Made by a program: the position numbers and the translations under genes
NCBI GenBank assembly: GCA_039738635.1
Contig: JBCLLN010000001.1
Location: forward strand, 42,806-106,805
Direction: 5' to 3'
DNA: 64,000 nt
Source: Candidatus Saccharimonadia bacterium
Lineage (GTDB): Bacteria; Patescibacteriota; Saccharimonadia; CAILAD01; BJGX01
Notes under the pieces: model-generated
Told to the model about the DNA's origin: nothing
Databases searched by the model: none
The model's input: the letters and a program-made list of their open reading frames with translations, nothing else
Shown: positions 47,509-56,894 of the stretch, in pieces
Position numbering within the stretch: position 1 is the first letter of the stretch
How the letters are laid out: every line of letters starts with the position of its first letter

Positions 47509-48735
47509 TCATTGGGGTTTGGGAAGGCTAAGCTGGAACGAGGAAGGTAGCTTATTATAGAGCGAGGTTAGAGATTGTATTATCTGGTCTGAGTATAGGT
47601 AGGCTAGAATTAGGTATGCTGCGATTATGGCTAGGGCTATAACAATCACCCCAAGATAGCGCCAATATTTTAATTCCTCTTCCTGGGATAGCACTAGTCC
47701 CAGCATATTACTCTTAGCCTGGGCCAGCTTAGACCAATATCCAGCCTGCCAGGCAGTCCAGATAGTCCAGAGGATATATAGACTTGTAGTAGTAAGAGAT
47801 AATAGCAAAAACAATATAAGACCAGATAAATCTGAGCTAAGAATGTAAATATTTAACCCCACCAGCAACAAGCTAAAAAATAGCACCGCCAAAAAAGAAA
47901 TAAGCGAATTAAGCCCATAGCCAAGGTTAGCTAGGGGATGAAAAAATACTTGCTTAAGGGCTAATGTGGTTTTATTTGGGCCATCCTTGCCACCGACTGC
48001 TACACCAACCAACAGCCAAAACTTAAAGCTATTATAGAGAGTCAATAAAACTAGCGCCACCACTGCACTAACGCCATATAAAATGAGCCCAAGACTTACA
48101 GAGCCATAACTCAGTACATAGGCCACATAAAAAGTTCCAAAAACTATTACCACAAACAGCACGAATGCCATAGACTTAATAATTTTCTGGCCCACAATAC
48201 TAAATACCAACCCTGCTGATTGTTTTAATGATTTACCTATCTTGGGCTTACGGCTATCAAGTTGTTGGAAACGGAATCTTATAATTGCCGGTGATATTAA
48301 TGTGTCCGCTAGTCCGCTAACTATAACTATCAACCCTAAAACTCCCATAGCTACAACTATCTGAAAGGCATTTTGAGGATCAACTACAGACTTAAGGTAG
48401 CTTAATATTTCATCTGGCCTGAGAGTTGCTAAATACTTTACTTGAAAGCTAATGATCGGCAGCGCTGCAATTGATATGACCTTTAGGCTTAAGATATTAC
48501 GAATAAAAGCCAATTCAAATATATCGGCACTAAACACTGCCCCCCAAGATGCTTTAATAAGCGCCAAGTAGCGCAGCTTGCCACTACTGTGCCTGCTCAT
48601 GCGGACCGGCTGATTGGCCACAGACTCTCTGTGAGGATGGATTGGTTTTGGAGGCTGGGTCGGGCTAGTCTTGGGACGGGCGACAATTGGGCCTTTACGA
48701 ACCTTAACGATATCGATTTTTTTTAGATTAGACAT
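47509..48735 (-). CDS. Hypothetical polytopic membrane protein (about 8 TM) with Pro-rich N-terminal region
   Basis: Long ORF; hydrophobic helices throughout; no motif recognised. Confidence 0.4.
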   Translation of the reverse strand: MSNLKKIDIVKVRKGPIVARPKTSPTQPPKPIHPHRESVANQPVRMSRHSSGKLRYLALIKASWGAVFSADIFELAFIRNILSLKVISIAALPIISFQVKYLATLRPDEILSYLKSVVDPQNAFQIVVAMGVLGLIVIVSGLADTLISPAIIRFRFQQLDSRKPKIGKSLKQSAGLVFSIVGQKIIKSMAFVLFVVIVFGTFYVAYVLSYGSVSLGLILYGVSAVVALVLLTLYNSFKFWLLVGVAVGGKDGPNKTTLALKQVFFHPLANLGYGLNSLISFLAVLFFSLLLVGLNIYILSSDLSGLILFLLLSLTTTSLYILWTIWTAWQAGYWSKLAQAKSNMLGLVLSQEEELKYWRYLGVIVIALAIIAAYLILAYLYSDQIIQSLTSLYNKLPSSFQLSLPKPQ

Positions 48736-48931
48736 AATTTTGCTTATGTTTAATTATAACTCTAATCACGCAAGCGAGCAAAACTTTTTTTAAGCCTTAC
48801 GGCCCTGCCCATCGTGGTGTATAATATGAACTCAATTATTAATAATATAATAATCACTTTTCTTGCTTAAAGAATTTAGGTTGCTTGGTGGTGGTGCTCG
48901 TACTCCCCGCTCTATTGAAAAAACTTATGTC

Positions 48932-50956
48932 ATGAACAAGACCTCAACAAAAAAGAATCCCAGGCTAAGCATTAAGGAAATGCTAGCAAGCTCAAGGCCA
49001 CTTAGCTGGGTCAATACAGCAGCTCCGTTTTTTGTGGGATATTTACTAGCCCATGGCTCTATAAATATTGCCTCTATGATAGGTGTTATTTACTTTAGCT
49101 TTTTTTATAATTTTTTATTATGCGGGGTAGGTGATATTTATGATGATAAATCAGATATTAAAAATCCTCGCAAAAACTCCATTGAGGAAGCTGTCGCGAA
49201 TAAGCACAAGCATAAGCTTATGTTTTATTTTATTGCAGGCAGTAATCTGCCAATTGTACTATACCTGCTTGTTACGGGGACCCTTGCTAGTGGTGTCCTG
49301 CTAATAATAGTGATATTTTTAGCTTTGAGCTATTGGGTCAAACCTTTTAGATTTAAGGAAGTTCCAATTCTAGATTCTATTAACTCTAGCCTGCATTTTG
49401 TGATGCCATTTATATTTGGGTTGGTATATGGTAACGCGCAGTCCCTGCCCTGGCCGGCAATTATTGCCTTTTTTATGTGGGGCATAGCCTCACATTCCCT
49501 TGGCTCCATCGCAGACATTAAGCCAGACCGGGCTCGCATAATTAGCTCTATCGCCACTAAGCTAGGGGCTAAATTCACCAATACTTATAGCCTTGTATTT
49601 TACTGCCTGAGTTGTCTGGTAGTTATTATATTCTATTTTCCGTGGGGTTTAGTTGCTGGAATTATACTATCTCCCTACGCGGTTAATGTGGTATTTTTTA
49701 GAAAGTATAAATCCGATGCTAAAAGCGATGAGTACAGGCGGGCCTGGAAGAATTTTATTTGGCTTAATGTGATATGCGGAGCATGGCTATCGCTACTGCT
49801 ATTATTTATATTTGACCCATTTGGTTTAGGTGCAACGAGAGTAGGCTGGGTGGGTGGATTTTTAATTGTCTTTGCTACTGTGCAATTTGCCCTGACCTAC
49901 TATAACTACAAAAAAATCGCCAGACCCAAGACCAAGCGACTTGGAGAGTTGCCCAATATCAATATATTATTACACTCCATCGGGAATCAAGACGACATCG
50001 CCTCTACCCTGCTAGCTTTAATCGGTCAGAATTACCCACACTTTGATATATATTATGCCAATCTAGATCACAATCCACAGTCCTATAAAATAGCCGAGGG
50101 CTACCAAGATAGTAGGCTTCATATTATAAGAGTAGATAAAACTCCAAGTGGGTGGACTCAGCAAGCCTGGGCTACCCATACACTACTAGCTAAAACAAAC
50201 TCCGAGCTGGTGGTCTTACTTGGGGCAGATACTATTCTTTTACCTAATACTCTCTCGGTTATTGCTAGCCTCTTTGACTCCCAAGGACTTGACTTAGTTT
50301 CGTTACTTCCGGCCGACCAAAATAAATCATTTTGGCAACAGTTAGTGATGAGCCAAGAACAGTATTTGCTGATGGGGCTATGCCCACCCGCATATCTTAC
50401 TCAATACTTTCCTTTTCTTGCGACTGCCTACAGTAGTTTGATTGCATTTAAAAAGTCTGCCATCAAAAAAATTGGAGGCTTCGAGGTTGTCCGCTTGAGC
50501 CCCCTAGAAGATCTTGATATTGCCAATAAGGCTAGGGAGAAAGGATTAAACACTCAGTTTTATGCAGCCAGCGAGCTGGCGGTAAGCCAAAATAAGTCTA
50601 GTTTTATAGAGCTTTATAAATACAATAAGCAACGGCTCTACCCCAGCCTGCACTTTAATATGCCGTTGAGCTTGGCGCTGATTTCTGGTGGGCTATTGGT
50701 GATTACATTCCCGCCGATCCTGCTAGTGACCTTACTATTACTGGGCGCCTATGAGGGTACAATATTGCTAGCCATTGCTTGCGTCCTGATGTTATGGAAC
50801 AGGCTATATGTGATGATTCGCTCCAGGCAGAGTATTGTTGGCGGTTTACTCTACCCTATTGGCACAATGATAATGCTACTTGCGGTAATTAGCTCTATGG
50901 CTGGCTACGAAATTAAAAAGCCTCACTGGGAAAGTCGGCTAGATATACCATCATAG
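48932..50956 (+). CDS. Fusion protein: UbiA-family prenyltransferase (N-terminal) + GT2-like glycosyltransferase (C-terminal)
   Basis: UbiA Asp-rich motifs GVGDIYDDKSD and SIADIKPDRARI within a 7-9 TM N-terminal half. C-terminal about 330 aa GT-A-like (LLGADTIL DXD-like, IGGFE) followed by extra C-terminal TMs. The ORF opens at 48863; the ATG at 48932 is taken as start. Confidence 0.5.
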   Translation: MNKTSTKKNPRLSIKEMLASSRPLSWVNTAAPFFVGYLLAHGSINIASMIGVIYFSFFYNFLLCGVGDIYDDKSDIKNPRKNSIEEAVANKHKHKLMFYFIAGSNLPIVLYLLVTGTLASGVLLIIVIFLALSYWVKPFRFKEVPILDSINSSLHFVMPFIFGLVYGNAQSLPWPAIIAFFMWGIASHSLGSIADIKPDRARIISSIATKLGAKFTNTYSLVFYCLSCLVVIIFYFPWGLVAGIILSPYAVNVVFFRKYKSDAKSDEYRRAWKNFIWLNVICGAWLSLLLLFIFDPFGLGATRVGWVGGFLIVFATVQFALTYYNYKKIARPKTKRLGELPNINILLHSIGNQDDIASTLLALIGQNYPHFDIYYANLDHNPQSYKIAEGYQDSRLHIIRVDKTPSGWTQQAWATHTLLAKTNSELVVLLGADTILLPNTLSVIASLFDSQGLDLVSLLPADQNKSFWQQLVMSQEQYLLMGLCPPAYLTQYFPFLATAYSSLIAFKKSAIKKIGGFEVVRLSPLEDLDIANKAREKGLNTQFYAASELAVSQNKSSFIELYKYNKQRLYPSLHFNMPLSLALISGGLLVITFPPILLVTLLLLGAYEGTILLAIACVLMLWNRLYVMIRSRQSIVGGLLYPIGTMIMLLAVISSMAGYEIKKPHWESRLDIPS

Positions 50957-50971
50957 TGCTGGAATAATATG

Positions 50972-51826
50972 CTACCGTTTCTTTTCTTTGATTTTTTTAT
51001 CACTGCGTTTAAAGATGACTTTTGAGATTATTATGCCAAACACACTAGCCCCTGCGATTACAAGAAATACCGGAATTGTCTGAGATATAAGTGTCGCTAC
51101 AATAGCGCCGATCATCCCAACTCCAAAATCGGTCTGCGAGGTAGGTGAGCCGATACCTAGCGCAGAATATAATATTGTCGTTAGCCCGGCCACTATTAAC
51201 CCAATTATTGAACCTGCCAAAAAGGCAGTAAAAACTCTAGAGAGCTTTTTGCTGCCTTTTTTGATATTAAGTAGTGCTACCAATACTGAGCCCCCAATTA
51301 TTACAGCCCACAGAATTGGTATAAGTGTGACAGCAGTGGCATATATTGACCTAGCCTTATCTAGCTGGCCCAATACATTTTGGTCGGTTTTGTCCTTGCT
51401 AATAATAGTAAGATAGTCTGGCAGTATTTTACTAACTTCAAATTTAGCCTTAGGGTCATCGAGTTTGCTGTTGATACTTTTTTTAATAGGCTGCAAATCT
51501 ATTTCTATCTCAATTGATTGTGATGAATTATTGAGCCATTCTATAATACTTATTTGGCTATCCTGTAAGATGCTCTTAACTAATTCTGGCGAGACAGCAC
51601 TGCTAATACCATTTTGAACTATAGTAACCACATCCCCGCTGCCTACTACCTGAGACTTTAGCGAGCTACTAAGGCTCATGGCTGTTGACTTATAAAACCC
51701 AGACTCGTCGAGAACCTGCGTAATCTTTTGGTTAGAAGAAAATACCCCCACAAATGTCATAGCATAAACCAATAACACAACAGATATACAGATAATAAAC
51801 TGAAGGAGTTTATTCAATAGTGACAT
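50972..51826 (-). CDS. Hypothetical membrane protein
   Basis: N-terminal TM plus a C-terminal cluster of TMs; last gene of the ECF-sigma operon. Confidence 0.35.
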   Translation of the reverse strand: MSLLNKLLQFIICISVVLLVYAMTFVGVFSSNQKITQVLDESGFYKSTAMSLSSSLKSQVVGSGDVVTIVQNGISSAVSPELVKSILQDSQISIIEWLNNSSQSIEIEIDLQPIKKSINSKLDDPKAKFEVSKILPDYLTIISKDKTDQNVLGQLDKARSIYATAVTLIPILWAVIIGGSVLVALLNIKKGSKKLSRVFTAFLAGSIIGLIVAGLTTILYSALGIGSPTSQTDFGVGMIGAIVATLISQTIPVFLVIAGASVFGIIISKVIFKRSDKKIKEKKR

Positions 51827-51903
51827 TACTGCTTGGCTTTCATGCTTGATATTTTAAAGCATAAGGCCATAGATAGCTAGCAAATATGAGAGTAGTAATG
51901 GGA

Positions 51904-52653
51904 TTATTTGTTGTAGTGTGTTAAAAACTGCTCTTTAAGGTCAAAGCTGGTCTGTTTAAAGGTGGCCAAAATGGAATCTAAGGCTTGGTTTCTTGTGGTT
52001 ATGAGCTTTTGAATTTTGGCTTTATCTAGCGCCATATTAATCTTAATACTCACAAACTCTTGTTTGGCGGAATTAATATCCGCACTGAATTTTATCTTAA
52101 CATCAGGGCTGGCTTGACCGTTAGCACAGGCCGCGCGAGCTTGGGTCGAGATAGATTCAATGTTGCTCATAAATTTAACCTCTGAGCGAGATACTATATC
52201 GTCATGCGTGGCAACCAACGACCCTAGGCTATCCCTAAACTCTTTCCTTATCGCATCTATACTACTTCGCCTAATATTAATTGCTAGAGTAATTCCCGCA
52301 CGGTACTCTGCCACCGCCGTAATCTGCTCAGTGCTTTTGGTTAATTTGTTAATTTGACCATAATGCTCTACCCGGCTCTTATCGACATCAAGACGCAATT
52401 TGGCTAACTTAGTATCAATGATGTCCTCTGATAGCTTACTCCTAGTATCCTTGGCAGTTGCTTCATTTTCATTATGTCGCTGGTGTATATTTTTATAATT
52501 TTCATTTGCTATAGATTCAATACGCTCACAAAATGGTAGGGCTTGGATGTTGGATTGTTCGCGAGATTGGGCCAAGCCAGTGGTAATAAAAGTAATATTA
52601 AATAATACTAATCCCACCAAAACTATTAAAAATAATTTTTTAATTGCCAGCAT
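51904..52653 (-). CDS. Hypothetical membrane-anchored coiled-coil protein
   Basis: N-terminal TM LFLIVLVGLVLFNITFITTGLA; overlaps the upstream gene by 14 nt. Confidence 0.35.
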   Translation of the reverse strand: MLAIKKLFLIVLVGLVLFNITFITTGLAQSREQSNIQALPFCERIESIANENYKNIHQRHNENEATAKDTRSKLSEDIIDTKLAKLRLDVDKSRVEHYGQINKLTKSTEQITAVAEYRAGITLAINIRRSSIDAIRKEFRDSLGSLVATHDDIVSRSEVKFMSNIESISTQARAACANGQASPDVKIKFSADINSAKQEFVSIKINMALDKAKIQKLITTRNQALDSILATFKQTSFDLKEQFLTHYNK

Positions 52654-53161
52654 TTATAACCTCATCTAAATTAGACTCGTTCGATAGCTTAGCCTCGGCT
52701 TGCTGAGTGGCGGCATTATCTGTGGCAGAATTACTAATGTCGTTTTCGGCATCAGCCAAATTAAGGTTATGAAGATTATCAACCGTGCCATTAGCCTTCA
52801 AGGCTACGCTAGAGAGTGGGTCTGCTGGCCCTCTAGAGTTAAATATAGCTAGCCCTCCGGCCATCATAAATACAACAAACACTGCCAGCACGGAAGTTGT
52901 TAGCCTTAATCTGCTAGGCCATAATTTTGCCGCTAGTGAGCTGGGCCTGTTGGGGGTGGTATCGATAACCTTAAGAGTTTGAGACATGGCATGCTTACCG
53001 CGGCTCGGCTTAGCCCGCAAGCCCATAGCCTGAGTTTGGATATCTAAAACCAGCTGAAGTTTTTTTACTTCAGCTGGGCTAAGCCCACTGGTGTGTTTAG
53101 GGGATGCTTTTTTAAGATTATTATCTAGGTGATATTGAAGTATTTGTTGATAGTTATTCAT
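52640..53161 (-). CDS. Putative anti-sigma factor (single central TM)
   Basis: Immediately downstream of the ECF sigma with an 8-nt overlap; central TM VLAVFVVFMMAGGLAIF. Confidence 0.35.
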   Translation of the reverse strand: MNNYQQILQYHLDNNLKKASPKHTSGLSPAEVKKLQLVLDIQTQAMGLRAKPSRGKHAMSQTLKVIDTTPNRPSSLAAKLWPSRLRLTTSVLAVFVVFMMAGGLAIFNSRGPADPLSSVALKANGTVDNLHNLNLADAENDISNSATDNAATQQAEAKLSNESNLDEVINAGN

Positions 53162-53726
53162 TGGTTTTTTCCTTGTTCATTTCTAGCTGAAGCTTTTGGA
53201 TGCCCCTAGAATATAATTTTCTAGTGGTTACGTCGCTCTTTTTTATTATTCTAGCAATCTCTGGATTGGTAAGGCCATCCACTAGCCTTAATGATACTAC
53301 TTCTTGGTAATTGTTGGGTAGCCGCCTAATGGCAGTAATTATCTCAGAGGTAGCTTCCCTGGAATTTGCCAGCTCATGTGGCCCTTGGGCTGTATCAACT
53401 AACAGCGGTAGTATCGTCTCCGAGTTTGATACTGGGCGAATTTTGTTTGAACGCCAATAGTCTGCTATCACACTTCTGGCGATAGTAAATACATACGCCA
53501 ATGGAGAATAGCCTTGGTCTTTCCAGTTTGCAAGGTTTTTATAAAAGCGAATAAACACTTGCTGGGCTAGATCCTCGGCATCATCACCAGTGGGGACTCT
53601 AAAGGCTATGAATCTTAATATAGGCTCATAGAACTCAACATAAAGTTTCTCAAAGGCCTGATCATCGCCAGCCTGAGCTGAACTAATCAATTCTAGCAAA
53701 TATTTTTGCTGGCTATCTGCAGCCAT
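53154..53726 (-). CDS. ECF-type RNA polymerase sigma-70 family factor
   Basis: Region 2 EDLAQQVFIRFYKNL..., region 4 HTH EIARIIKKSDVTTRKLYSRGIQKLQ. Confidence 0.8.
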   Translation of the reverse strand: MAADSQQKYLLELISSAQAGDDQAFEKLYVEFYEPILRFIAFRVPTGDDAEDLAQQVFIRFYKNLANWKDQGYSPLAYVFTIARSVIADYWRSNKIRPVSNSETILPLLVDTAQGPHELANSREATSEIITAIRRLPNNYQEVVSLRLVDGLTNPEIARIIKKSDVTTRKLYSRGIQKLQLEMNKEKTNE

Positions 53727-53965
53727 AATAACGCTTCATATCCTTAGTTTGTGACATCCGATGATTATACAGCATTTTGACTTATTATTTAAGCTTATTT
53801 ATGCCCCCTACCAGATATGTTATAATAAGCTTTGGTAGAAAATTAAAAAATACGATTTGTAAAACCAAGCCGCTAGGCTGTTTGACAAATCGATAGGAAA
53901 AATATGGCGATAACTGGAGTAATTTGCCTATAAAAATTACGAAAGTCTAAGCCGTATTTAGACGA

Positions 53966-54042
53966 AGGGGTGTAGCTCAGTTGGCTAGAGCGTCGGTCTC
54001 CAAAACCGAAGGCCGCGGGTTCGATTCCTGCCACCCCTGCCA
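53966..54042 (+). tRNA. tRNA-Trp (anticodon CCA)
   Basis: Cloverleaf: acceptor AGGGGTG/CACCCCT, D-arm GCTC-AGTTGGCTA-GAGC, anticodon stem TCGGT/ACCGA with loop CTCCAAA, T-arm GCGGG-TTCGATT-CCTGC, encoded CCA. Confidence 0.85.
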
Positions 54043-54144
54043 TCCTTCGCTGAAGCTCCGGACTGGCAAGCCGGTATGAAGCCTTGTCGAAATACGGTAG
54101 ACCATGAACCAAAGCAATTATCAAAACAAGTGTATAATAAACAT

Positions 54145-54528
54145 ATGAAATTCTGGAAGAAAAAGACACCAATTATTGTACAAAAAAGTTCTGAGCCCTT
54201 AGTATGGCCACAACGACCCTATGCTATACAGCTATTGGTTGATAGCGGTAATAATCTATCTGAGCTAAAAAAACTACTAGCTGGCATAGAACGCCCAGAT
54301 TTGTTACCTTGCCCAGCCTGTAAAAGTAGCGATCTAGTAACTACAATGGACTGGGGGCTTATGCTAGAGCCCGAGGAGCCGTGGAGAAGTTATGGGCTTA
54401 CAAGCTCTGGTGGGTATCCTGGTGGTTGTTGTATAAGTTATCCCGAGGCACGATGGGTATGTCTTGATTGTGGAGCTCAATTTTTCCCGAACGGACGAAT
54501 CCTTACTAAGGCAGAGGATGGAGAATAA
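54145..54528 (+). CDS. Hypothetical Cys-rich (zinc-ribbon-like) protein
   Basis: CPAC...CLDC pairs. The ORF opens at 54076; start probably MKFWKKK (54145). Confidence 0.3.
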   Translation: MKFWKKKTPIIVQKSSEPLVWPQRPYAIQLLVDSGNNLSELKKLLAGIERPDLLPCPACKSSDLVTTMDWGLMLEPEEPWRSYGLTSSGGYPGGCCISYPEARWVCLDCGAQFFPNGRILTKAEDGE

Positions 54529-54555
54529 TTTTATAGATATTGATACACTATATCT

Positions 54556-54990
54556 ATGAAAGTATTTATTGAAAACGAAGCCGGCAAGGCTATCAAGAAC
54601 ATCCATAATGAAAAGACGCTCGAGTTTAAGAAGTCTTACGAACTCAAGCTGGCTTATCCTTATCCGTACGGATTTATCCTCAACACCACCAGCGGCGATG
54701 GTGATAACTTGGATTGTTTTGTACTCACAAATCAAAAACTAAAAACCGGCCAAACAGTTGATTGCGAGCCGATTGCTCTGATGAAACAGGTAGAAAACGG
54801 CAATGAAGACTACAATGTAATTGCTGTACTCAAAGGCGAGTCTACTGAATTAACTCCAGGAATCAAAGAGAAATTAACACAGTTTACATTGCATGTTTTT
54901 GACCACTGGGAGTGGATAAAAGACATGCGAGTAGAAGGCTTTGATAGCAAAGAGGCTGCCCTTAAATACATTGAGTCTTGTAAAGATTAG
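54556..54990 (+). CDS. ppa: Inorganic pyrophosphatase (family I), short form
   Basis: YPYPYGFILNTTSGDGDNLDCFVL matches the PPase active-site signature (YP..YGFIP.T...DGDPLD). Confidence 0.65.
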   Translation: MKVFIENEAGKAIKNIHNEKTLEFKKSYELKLAYPYPYGFILNTTSGDGDNLDCFVLTNQKLKTGQTVDCEPIALMKQVENGNEDYNVIAVLKGESTELTPGIKEKLTQFTLHVFDHWEWIKDMRVEGFDSKEAALKYIESCKD

Positions 54991-55063
54991 TTCTAGCATC
55001 CATAACCACCTGGAGCCAAGTATTATGCTTAAAAGATTAAAGGATTTTTGTTATCATTAGTCT

Positions 55064-55594
55064 ATGAAGTCTCAATTATTACAGAACCCAGAGATTAAAC
55101 GAGAACACCTAGTTCCACCAGTAAAACTGGCTCTAGTGTATCTCAACAAACCACTAGATGTTGCATTGACTGCCCAGCTTACTATTGCTACTGGACATAT
55201 AGAAACGACATTTGTTGGTAAAAGTATGGATTATAAACATAAAAAAGTGGCTGATAAGGTTGCATCCTGGGGGTTTAGTAAAGAATCAATTAAAAGTTTA
55301 CCAGAAGATAAGGTGCAGACAGTAACTGAACTTATAGAGAGAAATCCTAATAGTCGATTAATTGGATGTGTGGTATCTGGTGGTTCTAACCCATTTGAAT
55401 TTGATTGGAGCGATGAAGATATACTCGTAATCGGTGGTGCAAATGGGCTGTCCAGGGCTGACCAAGAGTTAATGGATGGGCTAGTGACGATTCCGACAAC
55501 TGAAGCAACATCATTTATGACTGTTTCAAATGTGGTATCTGCTCTTACCTACCATATCCTTACCCAGCGTGGACTTTGGAATAAGATAAGATAG
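55064..55594 (+). CDS. SPOUT (SpoU/TrmH-family) RNA 2'-O-methyltransferase
   Basis: ILVIGGANGLS and IPTTEATSFMTVSNVVSALTY (SPOUT knot motifs). Confidence 0.55.
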   Translation: MKSQLLQNPEIKREHLVPPVKLALVYLNKPLDVALTAQLTIATGHIETTFVGKSMDYKHKKVADKVASWGFSKESIKSLPEDKVQTVTELIERNPNSRLIGCVVSGGSNPFEFDWSDEDILVIGGANGLSRADQELMDGLVTIPTTEATSFMTVSNVVSALTYHILTQRGLWNKIR

Positions 55595-55820
55595 TAATTT
55601 TTGATACAATGAAAATACTGGCTGATGCGACAGTTAATATGATATTGACTAGGTAGGCGTGTAGCCCCTAGATACCACAGAAAGAAGTTATAATAGCATG
55701 AAAATCATTGAAGCAAGGCTTGCTGGATATGGCCAGTGTGTGGTGCCTTAAACCAGGCAAACATGATATATTGACGAGTGAAAGGCCTATGCCAGCTACT
55801 TGCGAGAGGTCGTAAGTCTT

Positions 55821-56771
55821 TTATCTAGGTTTAGTGCTCGTAAAAGTGATAGACCGCGGACTATCAAGCGCTACGGTCGCACCGCTTATAATTTCTCCGA
55901 CTTTGACCTGACCTGAACGAACAATCCGGTCAATCTCACCAACAGCTCTCCTGCCAGGGTTGATACCTAATCCTACTGTATCGTTAGTGGCACTAACTGC
56001 GACAATAAAATCGTCAGCCTTAGCTTCTAGTTCGGTAACCACCCTTTCGCCCTTCTTGGACTTATCCATTCCAAAACTTGACACCGAGAGGGGTAGGCCG
56101 TTAACCGTTAGCTTATACTTATTAGGCTGTATCTGATCAAACCCCTGACCTTCATTGGTAACAGTGCGTAGTAACCCATCGTAACTTATTGAGATTCTTA
56201 TTACTTCCGTTCCGCTAGCTCCGTAAAAATCTAAACCATTTTTGGTAGGCACCAAGATTGGATTAACCATATCCACCGCATCACCCCCTTCAGTATCCTT
56301 GAAAAATTCTTTACCATCTGGCCCAACCGCTATTAGTTTAGCGGCTGTCATTGGCCCTTCATAATGGACACTGCCGAGTAATATGGACTTATGTTCTTTA
56401 AGTTCGCTCCATTGAATTTCTGCCATAGGACTAGATTCATCAACTACGACAGAATCACCTGCTGGCTTGACTCCAGTATGTTGTAACGTCTCAACCACAC
56501 GTAGGTCAATGCTATCTCCAAGTTTTGCCTTAAGCGCATCCACCTCCGCCTGGGAGTTAATACCCCGATCAGCATTAGCAACAGCGTTATTCAGTTCAAG
56601 CACATGTTCGGATATATCTTGAGCTTCAACTTTGTTTGTATCTTCCACTGCACTATTAATACCTAGGGCGACTCCGGCTGCAGTAACTCCCGCTACGCCT
56701 ATTGCAACATTACGCCAGAACTTACTGTTACGTGTTGATCTTCGTTCGGCAAATCGTTCATTTTCAATCAT
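55821..56771 (-). CDS. Exported/membrane-anchored hypothetical protein
   Basis: N-terminal TM VAIGVAGVTAAGVALGI; 316 aa; flanked by a 45-bp repeat containing AATATGATATT. Confidence 0.4.
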   Translation of the reverse strand: MIENERFAERRSTRNSKFWRNVAIGVAGVTAAGVALGINSAVEDTNKVEAQDISEHVLELNNAVANADRGINSQAEVDALKAKLGDSIDLRVVETLQHTGVKPAGDSVVVDESSPMAEIQWSELKEHKSILLGSVHYEGPMTAAKLIAVGPDGKEFFKDTEGGDAVDMVNPILVPTKNGLDFYGASGTEVIRISISYDGLLRTVTNEGQGFDQIQPNKYKLTVNGLPLSVSSFGMDKSKKGERVVTELEAKADDFIVAVSATNDTVGLGINPGRRAVGEIDRIVRSGQVKVGEIISGATVALDSPRSITFTSTKPR

Positions 56772-56894
56772 TGCGAGACCTTTCTATTATAGGTATATAC
56801 TACAATGAAATACTGGCCGAGACAACAGTTAATATGATATTGTTTAGCTAAAGAATGGCAATGCTAGAGGAATCAATCTATACTAATTAAGAGT

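Noticed and set aside
53873-54172. 99-aa minus-strand ORF
   Set aside because: It overlaps the well-folded tRNA-Trp gene on the opposite strand and has no RBS or motif, so it is spurious.
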